Both the position numbers and the translations under genes were made by a program. DNA of 63,852 nt, filler included, from Candidatus Coatesbacteria bacterium (GTDB lineage: Bacteria; JAFGND01): the NCBI GenBank assembly GCA_016927185.1. It is 4 parts of 4 records of this genome, joined end to end, with 100 filler letters (N's around TTAATTAATTAA, not from the genome) between each part and the next. Parts side by side here need not be neighbours in the genome. Positions count along the whole stretch, not along the records: positions 1 to 16,251 come from JAFGND010000100.1; positions 16,352 to 32,067 come from JAFGND010000102.1; 2 more parts are not named here. One strand, 5' to 3'. Position 1 is the first letter of the stretch. Each line of letters opens with the position of its first letter. Positions 9,295 through 19,257 of the stretch are shown here, one piece after another. The notes below the pieces were generated by a model. It saw only the letters and a program-made list of their open reading frames with translations, had not been told where the DNA came from and ran no database searches.

Positions 9295-10362
9295 TTGAAT
9301 ATCAGAAATCCACAATATCTTGTATGGGAATTCACACTAGCTTGTAATATGAGATGCAAGCTTTGTGGAAGTTCAGCTGGCAAACCGAGAAAAAATGAAC
9401 TTAATACTCAGGAAGTAATGAAATTATGTGAGCAAATCAGGGAACTCAAGGTAAACAGGATAAGCCTTATGGGAGGGGAACCTTTTATAAGGAATGACTG
9501 GGAGCTAGTGCTGGATTTCTTTCATGGAACTGAACAGGAAGTTGAGTTTATTTCAAATGGATTGCTGGTTGACAAGAAGATTGCAAAGAAACTGAGGCAT
9601 TATGATATTTACGGAATTTCCTTTTCCCTTGATGGAACCGAGGAAATCAATGACAAACTCAGGAATTTCAAAGGGAGTTACAAGGCGATAAGGAGAGCAG
9701 TTGAAACATGCCAGGAAGAGGGTTTGAGAGTAGGCATCATTTCACAGATAAACAAATATAATATCAATAGCATTAAGGAATTGTATAATATTCTTGTTGA
9801 ATGGCAGATTGATGGATGGCAAATCCAGTTAACTAATCCGCTTGGTAATGCAAAAGCATCGAAATTGATAGTTGATGAAGATGATATAATACTCCTGCAT
9901 GACAGTATTCTAGAGATTCCAAAAGACAGGCAACTTGATATTTTCTTTGCTGATGATATTGGTTATTTTTGTGATTATGAACCTTTCCTTAGAAGCAGCT
10001 ACCTGCAGAATGGTGTATGGCTTGGTTGTCAGGCAGGACTGCTGGTCTCTGGCTTGACAAGTGATGGAGGTGTAAAGGGATGTCTCAGCCTTCCGGATGA
10101 GTTCATAGAAGATAATGTAAGAAAAAGGTCATTTGTGGAAATCTGGAATGACAAGAATCTCTTTTCCTATAACAGGATTGGACATGAGCTCCATGGTTTT
10201 TGCAGGGAATGCGATTTTGCAAAGCTGTGCAAGGGAGGATGCAGCAGTCTTGCATATTCAACAATGGGGCATTTAGGTGAGATAAAGCATTGCTGGCACA
10301 GGATTATGAAATCTCGATCACAACAGGACAGTGATCAGAACCCATTACATCCTCAAGAATGA
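9295..10362 (+). CDS. Second radical SAM/SPASM domain protein, paralog of the upstream gene
   Basis: WEFTLACNMRCKLC, MGGEPF, DDIGYF; SPASM CQAG...GGVKGCLSL...CRECD...CKGGC...HC; TTG start 1 nt after the previous stop. Confidence 0.92.
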   Translation: MNIRNPQYLVWEFTLACNMRCKLCGSSAGKPRKNELNTQEVMKLCEQIRELKVNRISLMGGEPFIRNDWELVLDFFHGTEQEVEFISNGLLVDKKIAKKLRHYDIYGISFSLDGTEEINDKLRNFKGSYKAIRRAVETCQEEGLRVGIISQINKYNINSIKELYNILVEWQIDGWQIQLTNPLGNAKASKLIVDEDDIILLHDSILEIPKDRQLDIFFADDIGYFCDYEPFLRSSYLQNGVWLGCQAGLLVSGLTSDGGVKGCLSLPDEFIEDNVRKRSFVEIWNDKNLFSYNRIGHELHGFCRECDFAKLCKGGCSSLAYSTMGHLGEIKHCWHRIMKSRSQQDSDQNPLHPQE

Positions 10363-11065
10363 ATGATTTTTGTATCTTGTCTTTGAAATTCTTGCTGACA
10401 AAGAAATAATCAATCCTCCAGCCTATATTCCTCTCTCTTGCTCTTGTTTTATAATCCCACCAGCTGTAATGTCCTGCTTCCTTGACAAACATTCTGTATG
10501 TATCAATATAACCATTTTTTACGAATTTATCCATCCATGCTCTTTCTATTGGAAGAAAGCCTGATGTATTTTCATTTTCTTTTGGTCTTGCGAGATCTAT
10601 TTCGTGGTGTGCTGTATTGAAATCACCGCATATAATCAGTTTCTTGCCTTTTTGTAACAAACTGTTAGCGAAATCAAGAAAAGCATCATAAAATGCCAGT
10701 TTATAATCGAGCCTTTCCTTAGACATCTGCCCATTTGGATAATAGATATTAATGAGAGTGAATTCCTTGTAATGTATTATCAGGTTTCTTCCTTCATTAT
10801 CAAATCTTTCTATTCCTAATTTTGTTTCCACTTTATCAGGTTTCTTCTTTGAAAAAACTGCTACCCCACTGTAGCCTTTTCTTTCTGCAAACGAGTAATA
10901 TTTCTCGTATTCTTTCAGATCATTTATTTCTGGAGGGATTTGATCTCCCTGCAATTTTGTTTCCTGAAGGCAAACTATTTCTGGTTTGAAATCATCTATC
11001 CATTCAACAAATCCTTTTTTCATGATTGCCCTTAGACCATTTACATTCCAGGAAGTGATTTTCAT
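10304..11065 (-). CDS. xth: Exodeoxyribonuclease III / AP endonuclease
   Basis: SWNVNGLRA, CLQETK, GYSGV, CGDFN, GWRIDYF, GSDHCP. Confidence 0.96.
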   Translation of the reverse strand: MKITSWNVNGLRAIMKKGFVEWIDDFKPEIVCLQETKLQGDQIPPEINDLKEYEKYYSFAERKGYSGVAVFSKKKPDKVETKLGIERFDNEGRNLIIHYKEFTLINIYYPNGQMSKERLDYKLAFYDAFLDFANSLLQKGKKLIICGDFNTAHHEIDLARPKENENTSGFLPIERAWMDKFVKNGYIDTYRMFVKEAGHYSWWDYKTRARERNIGWRIDYFFVSKNFKDKIQKSFILEDVMGSDHCPVVIEIS

Positions 11066-11090
11066 ATATTTTCCTTTCCAAATAATCCTT

Positions 11091-12227
11091 TTAAAAGACG
11101 ATAGATAACTTCAAATTGTTAACAACTCTACCGATTTTTTCAGGATCATATTCACTATATCTTTTTCCTTCAATAATTCCAAGTGAAATGTCAAGACTGG
11201 TATTCTTGAATATTGACCATTTTACATGTGGAGTAATAACAAAAGAATCATCATTGATATTTATCAATCCTGCAATCAAATATGAAACAAGAATGTTTGG
11301 TGAATAAGATATCTCAATAATGCCATAATGAATTCCCTTATAAAAATCATCAGGTCTGTAATCAGATGTATCTTTGAATCCATAACCATTATAAAAGTAT
11401 TCGCCTAACATAAACAGCCTGTTTTCAAGAAAACTGTAATCTGCTCCTAACGTGAATTGTATCCTGTCCTTGAAACTATTTTTTTCAAGAGGATAGGTTC
11501 TGTAAAATCTGTAAAGCCCTTCTCCATGTACTCCAAGCAATAAATCTCCCTTGAAATCCAAACCAGCTACCTGGGGGTGACTTCCTGTTTCACTTCCTTC
11601 GAGATCCTTGCCTCTGTAAGAATATGATAATCCCATATCTAAGGATTCAATATTCAGATGTGATCGTATTCCAAGTTCACTGTGTCCTGGCCATTTATCA
11701 AGGATTGTCAGCAATGTTACATCAGATAATAACGCAAGAGGAAAGGAAAATTTCAATGCATCAATTCCCTTTCTTTCTGCAGTCATATCAAGGGAATTCA
11801 AATGATTGAAGAAATCAAGTGGTCTGAAATAGACACCTTGACCCCACGGTACTCTCTGCCTTCCTACGGTCATTTCACCTTTGCTAACTGGGATTGTTAT
11901 ATAAAGTCTTGATATTTCAATCAGCCCATTATCTATCCATTCCTTGAAAGTCTCGAATTGAGGAGGAATGTATTCTGTTTCGAAAGGATTTTGCGTTCCA
12001 GAAAGCAGGTAAAAATCAAGGGAACTGTAATATCTGACTTGTTTCTTATCAGGTTCTGAATAAGGACTTTCAAGCATCAATCTTATCCTGTTTTTCCAGC
12101 CCCATTCAAACTTCTTGCTTGTATCATAGACGATTATATCATCAATTTTTTCTTCCCCACTGAAATTGATTTCTTTGTTGCAGAAGAGTGAAAGCAGTAT
12201 TATTTCTATAATTAGACTTGCTATCAT
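11091..12227 (-). CDS. Hypothetical outer-membrane beta-barrel-like protein linked to the Lol-like ABC cluster
   Basis: VGRQRVPWGQG, alternating beta-strand pattern, C-terminal Phe; last gene of the ABC/LolA-like operon. Confidence 0.55.
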   Translation of the reverse strand: MIASLIIEIILLSLFCNKEINFSGEEKIDDIIVYDTSKKFEWGWKNRIRLMLESPYSEPDKKQVRYYSSLDFYLLSGTQNPFETEYIPPQFETFKEWIDNGLIEISRLYITIPVSKGEMTVGRQRVPWGQGVYFRPLDFFNHLNSLDMTAERKGIDALKFSFPLALLSDVTLLTILDKWPGHSELGIRSHLNIESLDMGLSYSYRGKDLEGSETGSHPQVAGLDFKGDLLLGVHGEGLYRFYRTYPLEKNSFKDRIQFTLGADYSFLENRLFMLGEYFYNGYGFKDTSDYRPDDFYKGIHYGIIEISYSPNILVSYLIAGLININDDSFVITPHVKWSIFKNTSLDISLGIIEGKRYSEYDPEKIGRVVNNLKLSIVF

Positions 12228-12943
12228 GGCTTGAGGCTTTGTCTTGAAAATACGCTTTCATCAATTGCTACATCAAATTCGTACTGATAGATACCAAATT
12301 CAGTATAAGTATTCTTTCTCAGTACATTCTGAACTGTCATTTTTATTGGATAGTTCCTTTTCCCAACAGTCTTTATTTCATCGATTGTCATTATTCTCAA
12401 AAGTTTTCCGGATCTTGAATACCTTTCTTCTCTTAGTGCAACGAACCTTGATTTATCAATCCAGATTTTTCTTCTGTAATAAGTCAAATTACTTGTTTTT
12501 GCTTTAAGATCAAGCACATAGCAGTTCTTTCCATTTATTTCATCATCTTCTTCCTGTGAAATAGAATATCTTTCTTTCAGTTTTTGATTTTCAAGAGCAT
12601 CTTCATAAGAAAGATCGCTTCCCATCATACTTTCTCTTAGCATATGCCCTGATATTTTCATAATCTCCTCTGCTTCAGGAAAATATATCCACAATGATCC
12701 TTCTCTCTTGAGATATCTCACTCCCTTGTCTTCACTGTTGGTAAATATGATGAATGCTTTGTCTTTTCCTTTTGCCCAGGTTTTGTATGTCTTGGTTCTT
12801 GTTTCAGTTCCTATGTGTATTGTCATTTTCCCGTTATATCTTGCAGAAGTAAAAACCATGTTATCATCAACTTTCTGCAATATCTCATCCGGAGTTAATG
12901 CAAATAATTGGGACATAAAAAAAACCAATAATAAAACCATCAT
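12224..12943 (-). CDS. Outer membrane lipoprotein-sorting (LolA-like) protein
   Basis: Signal peptide, EILQKVD, KGVRYLK, LWIYFP, MMGSDLSYED, RKIWID. Confidence 0.85.
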   Translation of the reverse strand: MMVLLLVFFMSQLFALTPDEILQKVDDNMVFTSARYNGKMTIHIGTETRTKTYKTWAKGKDKAFIIFTNSEDKGVRYLKREGSLWIYFPEAEEIMKISGHMLRESMMGSDLSYEDALENQKLKERYSISQEEDDEINGKNCYVLDLKAKTSNLTYYRRKIWIDKSRFVALREERYSRSGKLLRIMTIDEIKTVGKRNYPIKMTVQNVLRKNTYTEFGIYQYEFDVAIDESVFSRQSLKP

Positions 12944-12953
12944 TTTTCCATCC

Positions 12954-14168
12954 TTATCCTCTTATTGCCTCAATGGCATTTTGTTTTGAAGCCAATCTTG
13001 CTGGTATTAGATTGGCAAGGCATGAAACAACAAAACCAATCAAGATAGAAACATAGATATTCCGTAAATTAAGCCTTGGATAAAGTACCGATGAAATTGG
13101 CATATCCACATTTTTTCCAAGGGATTGTATATTAATCCCGAAATATCCTAAAATTAATGAGCAGATACTTCCCATGATAGCACCAACGATGCATCCTAAA
13201 ACAGTTAGCACCAAACCTTCCAGCCAGAAAAGCGATAGAATTTCTATCCTGTTCAACCCCATGGCATTCAATATCCCGATTTCTTTTTTTCTCTCAAAAA
13301 CTATCATTATCATTGTATTGAGAATTACAAAACATGCAAGAGCAATTATTATGAAATAAAAAATCTGGTATATCGCAAAAGCAGTCTGGAATAATTTGTA
13401 CCAGTCACCCTGTTCCTGCCACGTCCTGATTATATAATCCTTTTTCAAATCTGTTTTCAGATCTTTTGCAATATTATCTGCATTGTCAATATTTTTTATA
13501 TAAATCAGTTGTTCAGTTGTCTTGTTTTTCATTCTTAGAAGATTTTGTGCATCATTAATATCTACCACGAACATGTTTTCATCAAAGCTGCTGAGTCCGA
13601 AATCCATCTCCCCAAGTATCTTGAATTTCATTGCATTAAGACCACCTTCTGATGTTACTGTTACAACAAGGATTCGGTCATTCAAACTCAGTTTCATTTT
13701 CTTCATCAATCCCTTACCCATAAGGATATTCTTTTTTTCATCATTGAAAAAGCTTCCTGATTTCACCTTTTTATCAAGCTTAAGAATCTCTTTGGCATCA
13801 TTCTTCTTTATCGCATATCCAAGAGCAAATTTGTTTTTTCCTTCGTTATATAACATCACTCCAAAATTTATTCTCGGTGAAATATGGATTATAGAACTAT
13901 TTTCTATTACAAGTGTATCAGGGATATTCATAGAGAGATTGTTTAGTCTTTCCTCTTTGTAATATCCTGTATCAACAATTTTTATATGGCCTAGTTGAAA
14001 ATCCGTCAATCCTTCCAAGACTGAAGTGAAGACTCCAGTTATATAACTTCTTACGAAAATAACTGAACCAACTCCTAAAGCTATAGAAAGTACAGCAAGA
14101 AGTGATCTTTTCTGATTTCTCCAGATATTCCTGTATGCTATCACTAGCAATAATTGAATCCTATACAT
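12954..14168 (-). CDS. ABC transporter permease, FtsX/LolE/MacB family
   Basis: IAYRNIWRNQKRS, ERKKEIGILNAMG, PARLAS; start moved to ATG 14168, which overlaps the upstream stop. Confidence 0.9.
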   Translation of the reverse strand: MYRIQLLLVIAYRNIWRNQKRSLLAVLSIALGVGSVIFVRSYITGVFTSVLEGLTDFQLGHIKIVDTGYYKEERLNNLSMNIPDTLVIENSSIIHISPRINFGVMLYNEGKNKFALGYAIKKNDAKEILKLDKKVKSGSFFNDEKKNILMGKGLMKKMKLSLNDRILVVTVTSEGGLNAMKFKILGEMDFGLSSFDENMFVVDINDAQNLLRMKNKTTEQLIYIKNIDNADNIAKDLKTDLKKDYIIRTWQEQGDWYKLFQTAFAIYQIFYFIIIALACFVILNTMIMIVFERKKEIGILNAMGLNRIEILSLFWLEGLVLTVLGCIVGAIMGSICSLILGYFGINIQSLGKNVDMPISSVLYPRLNLRNIYVSILIGFVVSCLANLIPARLASKQNAIEAIRG

Positions 14169-15417
14169 AATGCAGCGCCTCGACAACATTTAGCCTTGAT
14201 GCTTTTATTGCTGGGAATAAACTAAATAAACCTGATATAAAAACACCGAAACAAAATGCAAAAATAAAAGCATCTGGATTCCATGCTCCGTGAAAAACCA
14301 TTTTCATGGGGTAACCCAGGTCATTATTCTGAGATAGTTTTTCGAACATTTTCAGAGTAAGTCCATAATTGACAAGGTATAAGTTAATTGCCGAAGCTAT
14401 AATCAGACCTATAGTACTTCCAAATACCCCTATGCATATTCCCTCAAGCACTATCATCAAGATCATTTGCGTTTTCTGGACTCCCAAGGCAAAAATCATC
14501 CCTAGTTCTCTTATTCTTTCTAATATTGAAAGAAGAAGGGCATTGGATGTTCCAAGAGAAGCTATTAGAAGAAGTATCAAAATCAGAACGTTTGAAAATG
14601 CTCGTTTTGTTTTATTGATTGCTATGAAATCAGCACCCAGAACATACCATGGTTTTACATCATATTTATCAATTTTAGTATTTTTTTTCAGGATTTCAAC
14701 AGTATAATCTACTTTTTCCATATTTTGAATTTTTAATACCACTTCTGTAATTGATTTATTCATGTTCAACTGTTTTTGAAGGTAAGAGAGTGGAATGAAT
14801 ATTGTATTCCTGTTTATTTTAGGATTGGGAGAATCTATTATTCCGATAATTTTTGCATCAAAAGCAGAGATTGTTTTTCCACCTTTTTCTCTTGTCATAA
14901 CAGTCACCATGTCACCTATTTTCAAGCCCAGATCTCTTGCAACAAGATGACCGATAATTGCTTCTGCAGAGTCAGTTGAAGAGAAGTATTCTCCCTGAAC
15001 GTATTTTTTCAGATTGAATACAAGTTCATCTCTATCCGGGTCTATGCCATAACCTTCAATGGGAATCTGATTCACACCATTTCCAAGCTGACAGAAAAAG
15101 GATATTCTGAAAGTAAACTCATTCAGATTGGCTTCCTTAAGGGTATCTGATATTTTTTCAGGATCTTCGATTGTATAATCAAGATTTTTCAAGTCTTTCT
15201 CTGAGAAAAAACTGGGATGGAATATCTTGAGCATCCCTGTTTCAAGTTCTACCAGGTTTTTTGTTGCTTCAATATCAACTCCAATAAAGAATGAATCAGT
15301 AATTATGAAGGAAGTTATAGAAATACCAATTACAAAGGCTGTTGTCAATGTCCTGTGCCATCTTCTTGAAAGATTTTTCCAGGCAAGTTTTACAATAAAT
15401 AGAAAATATCTTGTCAT
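14161..15417 (-). CDS. ABC transporter permease, FtsX/LolC/MacB family
   Basis: LAWKNLSRR, ERIRELGMIFALG, PAIKASRLNVVEAL. Confidence 0.9.
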   Translation of the reverse strand: MTRYFLFIVKLAWKNLSRRWHRTLTTAFVIGISITSFIITDSFFIGVDIEATKNLVELETGMLKIFHPSFFSEKDLKNLDYTIEDPEKISDTLKEANLNEFTFRISFFCQLGNGVNQIPIEGYGIDPDRDELVFNLKKYVQGEYFSSTDSAEAIIGHLVARDLGLKIGDMVTVMTREKGGKTISAFDAKIIGIIDSPNPKINRNTIFIPLSYLQKQLNMNKSITEVVLKIQNMEKVDYTVEILKKNTKIDKYDVKPWYVLGADFIAINKTKRAFSNVLILILLLIASLGTSNALLLSILERIRELGMIFALGVQKTQMILMIVLEGICIGVFGSTIGLIIASAINLYLVNYGLTLKMFEKLSQNNDLGYPMKMVFHGAWNPDAFIFAFCFGVFISGLFSLFPAIKASRLNVVEALHYV

Positions 15418-16100
15418 TTCACCTCATCTTTACTGATAAATCCGTCCTTGAGAGTAACAATCCGCTTTGCAAATTCCATTACCAGTTTATCATGAGTTGA
15501 GAATATGAAAGTGGTATTGTATTTTTTGTTAAGATCCAGCATCAGATTCAATATCTCCTCAGCAGTTTTTGAATCAAGATTGGCAGTTGGTTCATCTGCA
15601 AGTATGATTGAAGGATTTTTAACCAATGCCCTTGCAATTGCTACTCTCTGTTGCTGACCACCAGACAGCAGGTCAGGTCTTCTGTATTTTTGCTCTTCTA
15701 AGCCAACTTCATCCATAATCATGTTGACTTTGCTTTTTATATCATTATTTTGCATAAGCCCTTCAAGCAAAAGAGGGAACTCGACATTCTCGAATGCAGT
15801 TAATACAGGTATTAAATTGTATGACTGGAAAATAAACCCTATCTTTTTTCTCCTGAGTACGGCCTGTTCCTTATATGAAAATTTTGCAAGATTGGAGTTT
15901 TCCAGGAAAATCTCACCTGAAGTCGGTTTATCAAGAGAGCCAATAAGGTTCAGTAATGTAGTTTTTCCTGATCCAGATGGTCCTACCAGGGACAGGAATT
16001 CTCCATTATCTATTTTCAGGTTTATATCTTTAAGTGCATGTACATTAACTTTTCCGATAGTGTATATCTTGTTTATATTGACCAATTCTATTAATGCCAT
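15414..16100 (-). CDS. ABC transporter ATP-binding protein, LolD/MacB family
   Basis: GPSGSGKT, LSGGQQQR, ADEPTANLD, STHD; start placed at ATG 16100 behind an AAGGAG RBS. Confidence 0.95.
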   Translation of the reverse strand: MALIELVNINKIYTIGKVNVHALKDINLKIDNGEFLSLVGPSGSGKTTLLNLIGSLDKPTSGEIFLENSNLAKFSYKEQAVLRRKKIGFIFQSYNLIPVLTAFENVEFPLLLEGLMQNNDIKSKVNMIMDEVGLEEQKYRRPDLLSGGQQQRVAIARALVKNPSIILADEPTANLDSKTAEEILNLMLDLNKKYNTTFIFSTHDKLVMEFAKRIVTLKDGFISKDEVK

Positions 16101-16179
16101 AAATCTCCTTCGGCAATTCATTGTGTCTCGTTCAAATAAGAGGTAATCTTTCTTGAAATAAATGTTTTCAGCCTTAATC

Positions 16180-16208
16180 AAAAAAAACCCTCTACAAGAG
16201 AGGGTTTT
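16180..16208 (-). terminator. Rho-independent terminator
   Basis: AAAACCCTCT/AGAGGGTTTT stem followed by a T-run on the minus strand. Confidence 0.7.
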
Positions 16209-16251
16209 ATAGAGTTATATTTTGTCAAGTATTAGTGATGAAGAATTCTGC

Positions 16252-16351
16252 NNNNNNNNNNNNNNNNNNNNNNNNNNNNNNNNNNNNNNNNNNNNTTAAT
16301 TAATTAANNNNNNNNNNNNNNNNNNNNNNNNNNNNNNNNNNNNNNNNNNNN
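16252..16351. other. Artificial contig linker
   Basis: N-run, TTAATTAATTAA (stops in all frames), N-run; 100 nt. Confidence 0.98.
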
Positions 16352-16680
16352 AGGAGAAGGATTTTGGTCTTGTGTTTTTAGGAGGCAAGTATCTGGCAAC
16401 TTATGCAAGGTTGAAATCTGAAGGTGCCTGGAATACAACTATAGAATCTGGAGGCAAATATATCCCTTATAAAGCTTCAGATGAAATGATAAAGTGTGCT
16501 GAAAAGGCTCAATCTCTTTTCAACCTTGATTTCACATGCGTTGATATTGCAGAAACTGATGAGGGAATGTTTGTTTTTGAAGTTTCAGCTTTTGGAGGTT
16601 TCAGAGGGCTAATGGAAGCAAATGGAATAGATGCAGCAAATTTATATGTTGATTATGTTATGGAAAAAATAAAATCATGA
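16352..16680 (+). CDS. RimK-like ATP-grasp enzyme of the GAK system (5' truncated)
   Basis: WNTTIESGGKY, LDFTCVDIAET, VFEVSAFGGFRGL; context upstream of the kinase, CofD-like and amphi-Trp genes. Confidence 0.85.
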
Positions 16681-17759
16681 AAAAAGACATGTCAGTAGAG
16701 TCCATCAAGGAGAAATTGCTGAAAGAGCTCATCTTGAAGGAAACTCTTTATCTGAAATTCGTCAATGTGAATATAAAAGTTGTTTCAAATTCATCAGCAC
16801 TAATATCATGTCTTAAATCCTATTACAATAGATTCATATCAATTGATTCAGGAGAGAGTATTAGGATAATCGCAATTGAATCAGATAACAAAGAATTCAA
16901 TGTTAACTATTTAATCAAGGAACCTGATCCTGGAAAGACAAGAATAAAGGAAGAGTATATTGATCTTGAAGACGGAAGGATTGTAAGAAAAGTATTAACA
17001 GGACTTGTATTTATATTTGGAGGGGGGACTAATATTGCATGCGGGGAATGCATAAAAAATTCCAATCAGATAGTGAATTTCATAAACAATAGATATATAG
17101 AGTGGATGTTAAAAAACGGATGCCTTCTGTTCCATTCTGCAGGAATTCTTGGTGAAGGACTTGGAATAGCAATATCAGGATTTTCGGGTGCTGGAAAATC
17201 AACTCTGGCATTGAACTTTCTGGATAGGAATTTCCTGTTTCTTAGTAATGACAGGATAATGATGAAAAGAGTAGCTAATAAAACGTATATGTATGGTGTA
17301 CCAAAATATCCAAGAGTCAATCCCGGAACATTATTAGCTAGTCCTTCATTAATGAAAATATTGAAAGAAGAAGAAAGAAAAGAATTTTTAAAAATTCCTA
17401 AGGACAAATTATGGAATTTAGAGCATAAATATGATGTATTCATAGAAGAAATCTTTCATAAAGAAGTGTTTATTCTTGAATCTGAGATAAATGCACTTAT
17501 AATTTTAAACTGGAAAAGAGTGAAAGATCCTTTCTTCATAAAAAGAATAGACTTATCAGAAAGAACCGATTTAATACCTGTATTTGCCAAGTCTCCTGGG
17601 TTGTTTTTTCAGCTATCCAGTAATGATAAATACAACTCAACTGATCAGTCATATTTAAAATGCCTTGAGAATTGTGCAGTATTTGAAATAACTGGAGGAA
17701 TTGACTTTAATCTCGTCAGGAAAGAAATCATGATGATTCTCCGAAAGACAAAAGTATGA
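16677..17759 (+). CDS. HprK-related kinase B (GAK system)
   Basis: KTRIKEEY, NQIVNFINNRY, H...GFSGAGKSTL, SNDR, PRVNPGT, LEHKYDV. Confidence 0.85.
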   Translation: MKKDMSVESIKEKLLKELILKETLYLKFVNVNIKVVSNSSALISCLKSYYNRFISIDSGESIRIIAIESDNKEFNVNYLIKEPDPGKTRIKEEYIDLEDGRIVRKVLTGLVFIFGGGTNIACGECIKNSNQIVNFINNRYIEWMLKNGCLLFHSAGILGEGLGIAISGFSGAGKSTLALNFLDRNFLFLSNDRIMMKRVANKTYMYGVPKYPRVNPGTLLASPSLMKILKEEERKEFLKIPKDKLWNLEHKYDVFIEEIFHKEVFILESEINALIILNWKRVKDPFFIKRIDLSERTDLIPVFAKSPGLFFQLSSNDKYNSTDQSYLKCLENCAVFEITGGIDFNLVRKEIMMILRKTKV

Positions 17760-18970
17760 ATATCAAGGAAAGTGCAAGAAACAAGACACTTCAGATAAGA
17801 AAGACGATAAGAATTCCTGACCCATTAACTGTAGCAAAAAGTCTGAAAGCTCCTGAATTTGGACCTGGTATTCTCTTTTTCAGTGGTGGATCAGCACTTA
17901 GAAAATTAAGTCAGGAAATTATAAAATACTCCCACAATACTATACACCTTATCACGCCTTTTGATTCAGGAGGTAGCTCTGCAAAGATAAGGGATTCTTT
18001 CAAGATGCTTTCAGTAGGGGATTTGAGGAATCGTCTCATGGCACTTGCAGACAAGTCAATAAAAGGAAATCCAGATATATATGAACTTTTCTCATATAGA
18101 TTTTCAAAAGACGAAAGTGAAGAAAAACTTCTCTCAAGACTTATTTCAATGATAAAAGGACACAACAAGATGGTTTCTTGCATTCCAGATCCAATGAGAA
18201 AGATAATAAGAAATCATTTAAAAATATTCCTGAATAATATGCATGATTTTTCTCTCAGGGGAGCAAGCATTGGAAATCTTATACTCACTGGAGGATATTT
18301 AAACAATGAAAGACATATCGATCCAGTAGTATTTCTTTTCTCTAAACTTGTTGAGGTGAGAGCTACAGTAAGACCTGTAATAAATGAATTCATGGATATT
18401 GCAGTATTACTGCAGGATGGAAGCATGTTTGTAGGTCAGCACCTTTTGTCAGGCAAAGAACACGAACCTGTTAAATCACCTGTTAAGGAAATATTTCTTA
18501 CAAAAAGCAGGAATAAACCTGTAAAGGAAAACATCAGTATAAGGCAGAAGACTCATGATTTAATAATGGATGCAGATTTGATATGTTATCCGATGGGTAG
18601 TTTTTATTCGAGCCTAATTGCCAATTTTCTACCAGCAGGTGTTGGGAGTGCAATTTCAGCAAATAAATGCCTGAAAGTATATATACCAAATACAGGTAAT
18701 GATCCTGAACAGCTGGGGATGAAAATGACTGACTGCATAGACAATCTTCTTTTCTATCTACAGTCCAGTTGTTCAGAAAAAGTGAAAGAAGAAGATATTT
18801 TAAACTATATAATAATGGATATCAAGAATGGTGATTATCCTGAATTATCAGACATAGATAAATATGAAAAACTGGGAATAAAAGTAGTAAATACTGAGCT
18901 CATTACAGAAGAAAGCAAACCTTACATAGATGAAGATAAATTAATACCGGTATTACTTTCACTAGCATAG
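17756..18970 (+). CDS. GAK system CofD-like (YvcK/CofD family) protein
   Basis: FFSGGSAL, TPFDSGGSS, GDLRNRLMALAD, ASIGNL, ADLICYPMGSFYSS. Confidence 0.88.
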   Translation: MNIKESARNKTLQIRKTIRIPDPLTVAKSLKAPEFGPGILFFSGGSALRKLSQEIIKYSHNTIHLITPFDSGGSSAKIRDSFKMLSVGDLRNRLMALADKSIKGNPDIYELFSYRFSKDESEEKLLSRLISMIKGHNKMVSCIPDPMRKIIRNHLKIFLNNMHDFSLRGASIGNLILTGGYLNNERHIDPVVFLFSKLVEVRATVRPVINEFMDIAVLLQDGSMFVGQHLLSGKEHEPVKSPVKEIFLTKSRNKPVKENISIRQKTHDLIMDADLICYPMGSFYSSLIANFLPAGVGSAISANKCLKVYIPNTGNDPEQLGMKMTDCIDNLLFYLQSSCSEKVKEEDILNYIIMDIKNGDYPELSDIDKYEKLGIKVVNTELITEESKPYIDEDKLIPVLLSLA

Positions 18971-18978
18971 AAGGAGGA

Positions 18979-19209
18979 TTGATTGGAATGACAAATAAGG
19001 AAATTGATCTGAAAGTAATTGTTGAATCTCACAAGGCAGCAGAATACCTGGAAAATCTTGCAAAGAGCTTCAGAGACGGCAAGATATATATACAGAAAGG
19101 AAAAGCATTTTTAATTCTGGAGCCCGAATCAGTGATAGAGATGGAGATAGAAGTAAATCAAAAAAAAGATAAAGAAAAACTTGAATTGAAGTTTTCATGG
19201 TATAAATAG
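18979..19209 (+). CDS. Amphi-Trp domain protein (GAK system)
   Basis: AAEYLENLAKSFRDGKI...LEP...EKLELKFSW, with a near-terminal Trp. Confidence 0.8.
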   Translation: MIGMTNKEIDLKVIVESHKAAEYLENLAKSFRDGKIYIQKGKAFLILEPESVIEMEIEVNQKKDKEKLELKFSWYK

Positions 19210-19257
19210 CATAAAAAAATTCATCAAGTTCTTTAGTTAACAAGGAGGAAGGAAGTT

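Noticed and set aside
10304-10362. 59-nt convergent overlap of the second rSAM gene and xth
   Set aside because: The overlap encodes only a short tail after the last SPASM Cys; common in compact genomes.
16252-16351. TTAATTAATTAA palindrome inside N-runs (also at 32068 and 60034)
   Set aside because: Identical 100-nt synthetic contig linkers, not biology.
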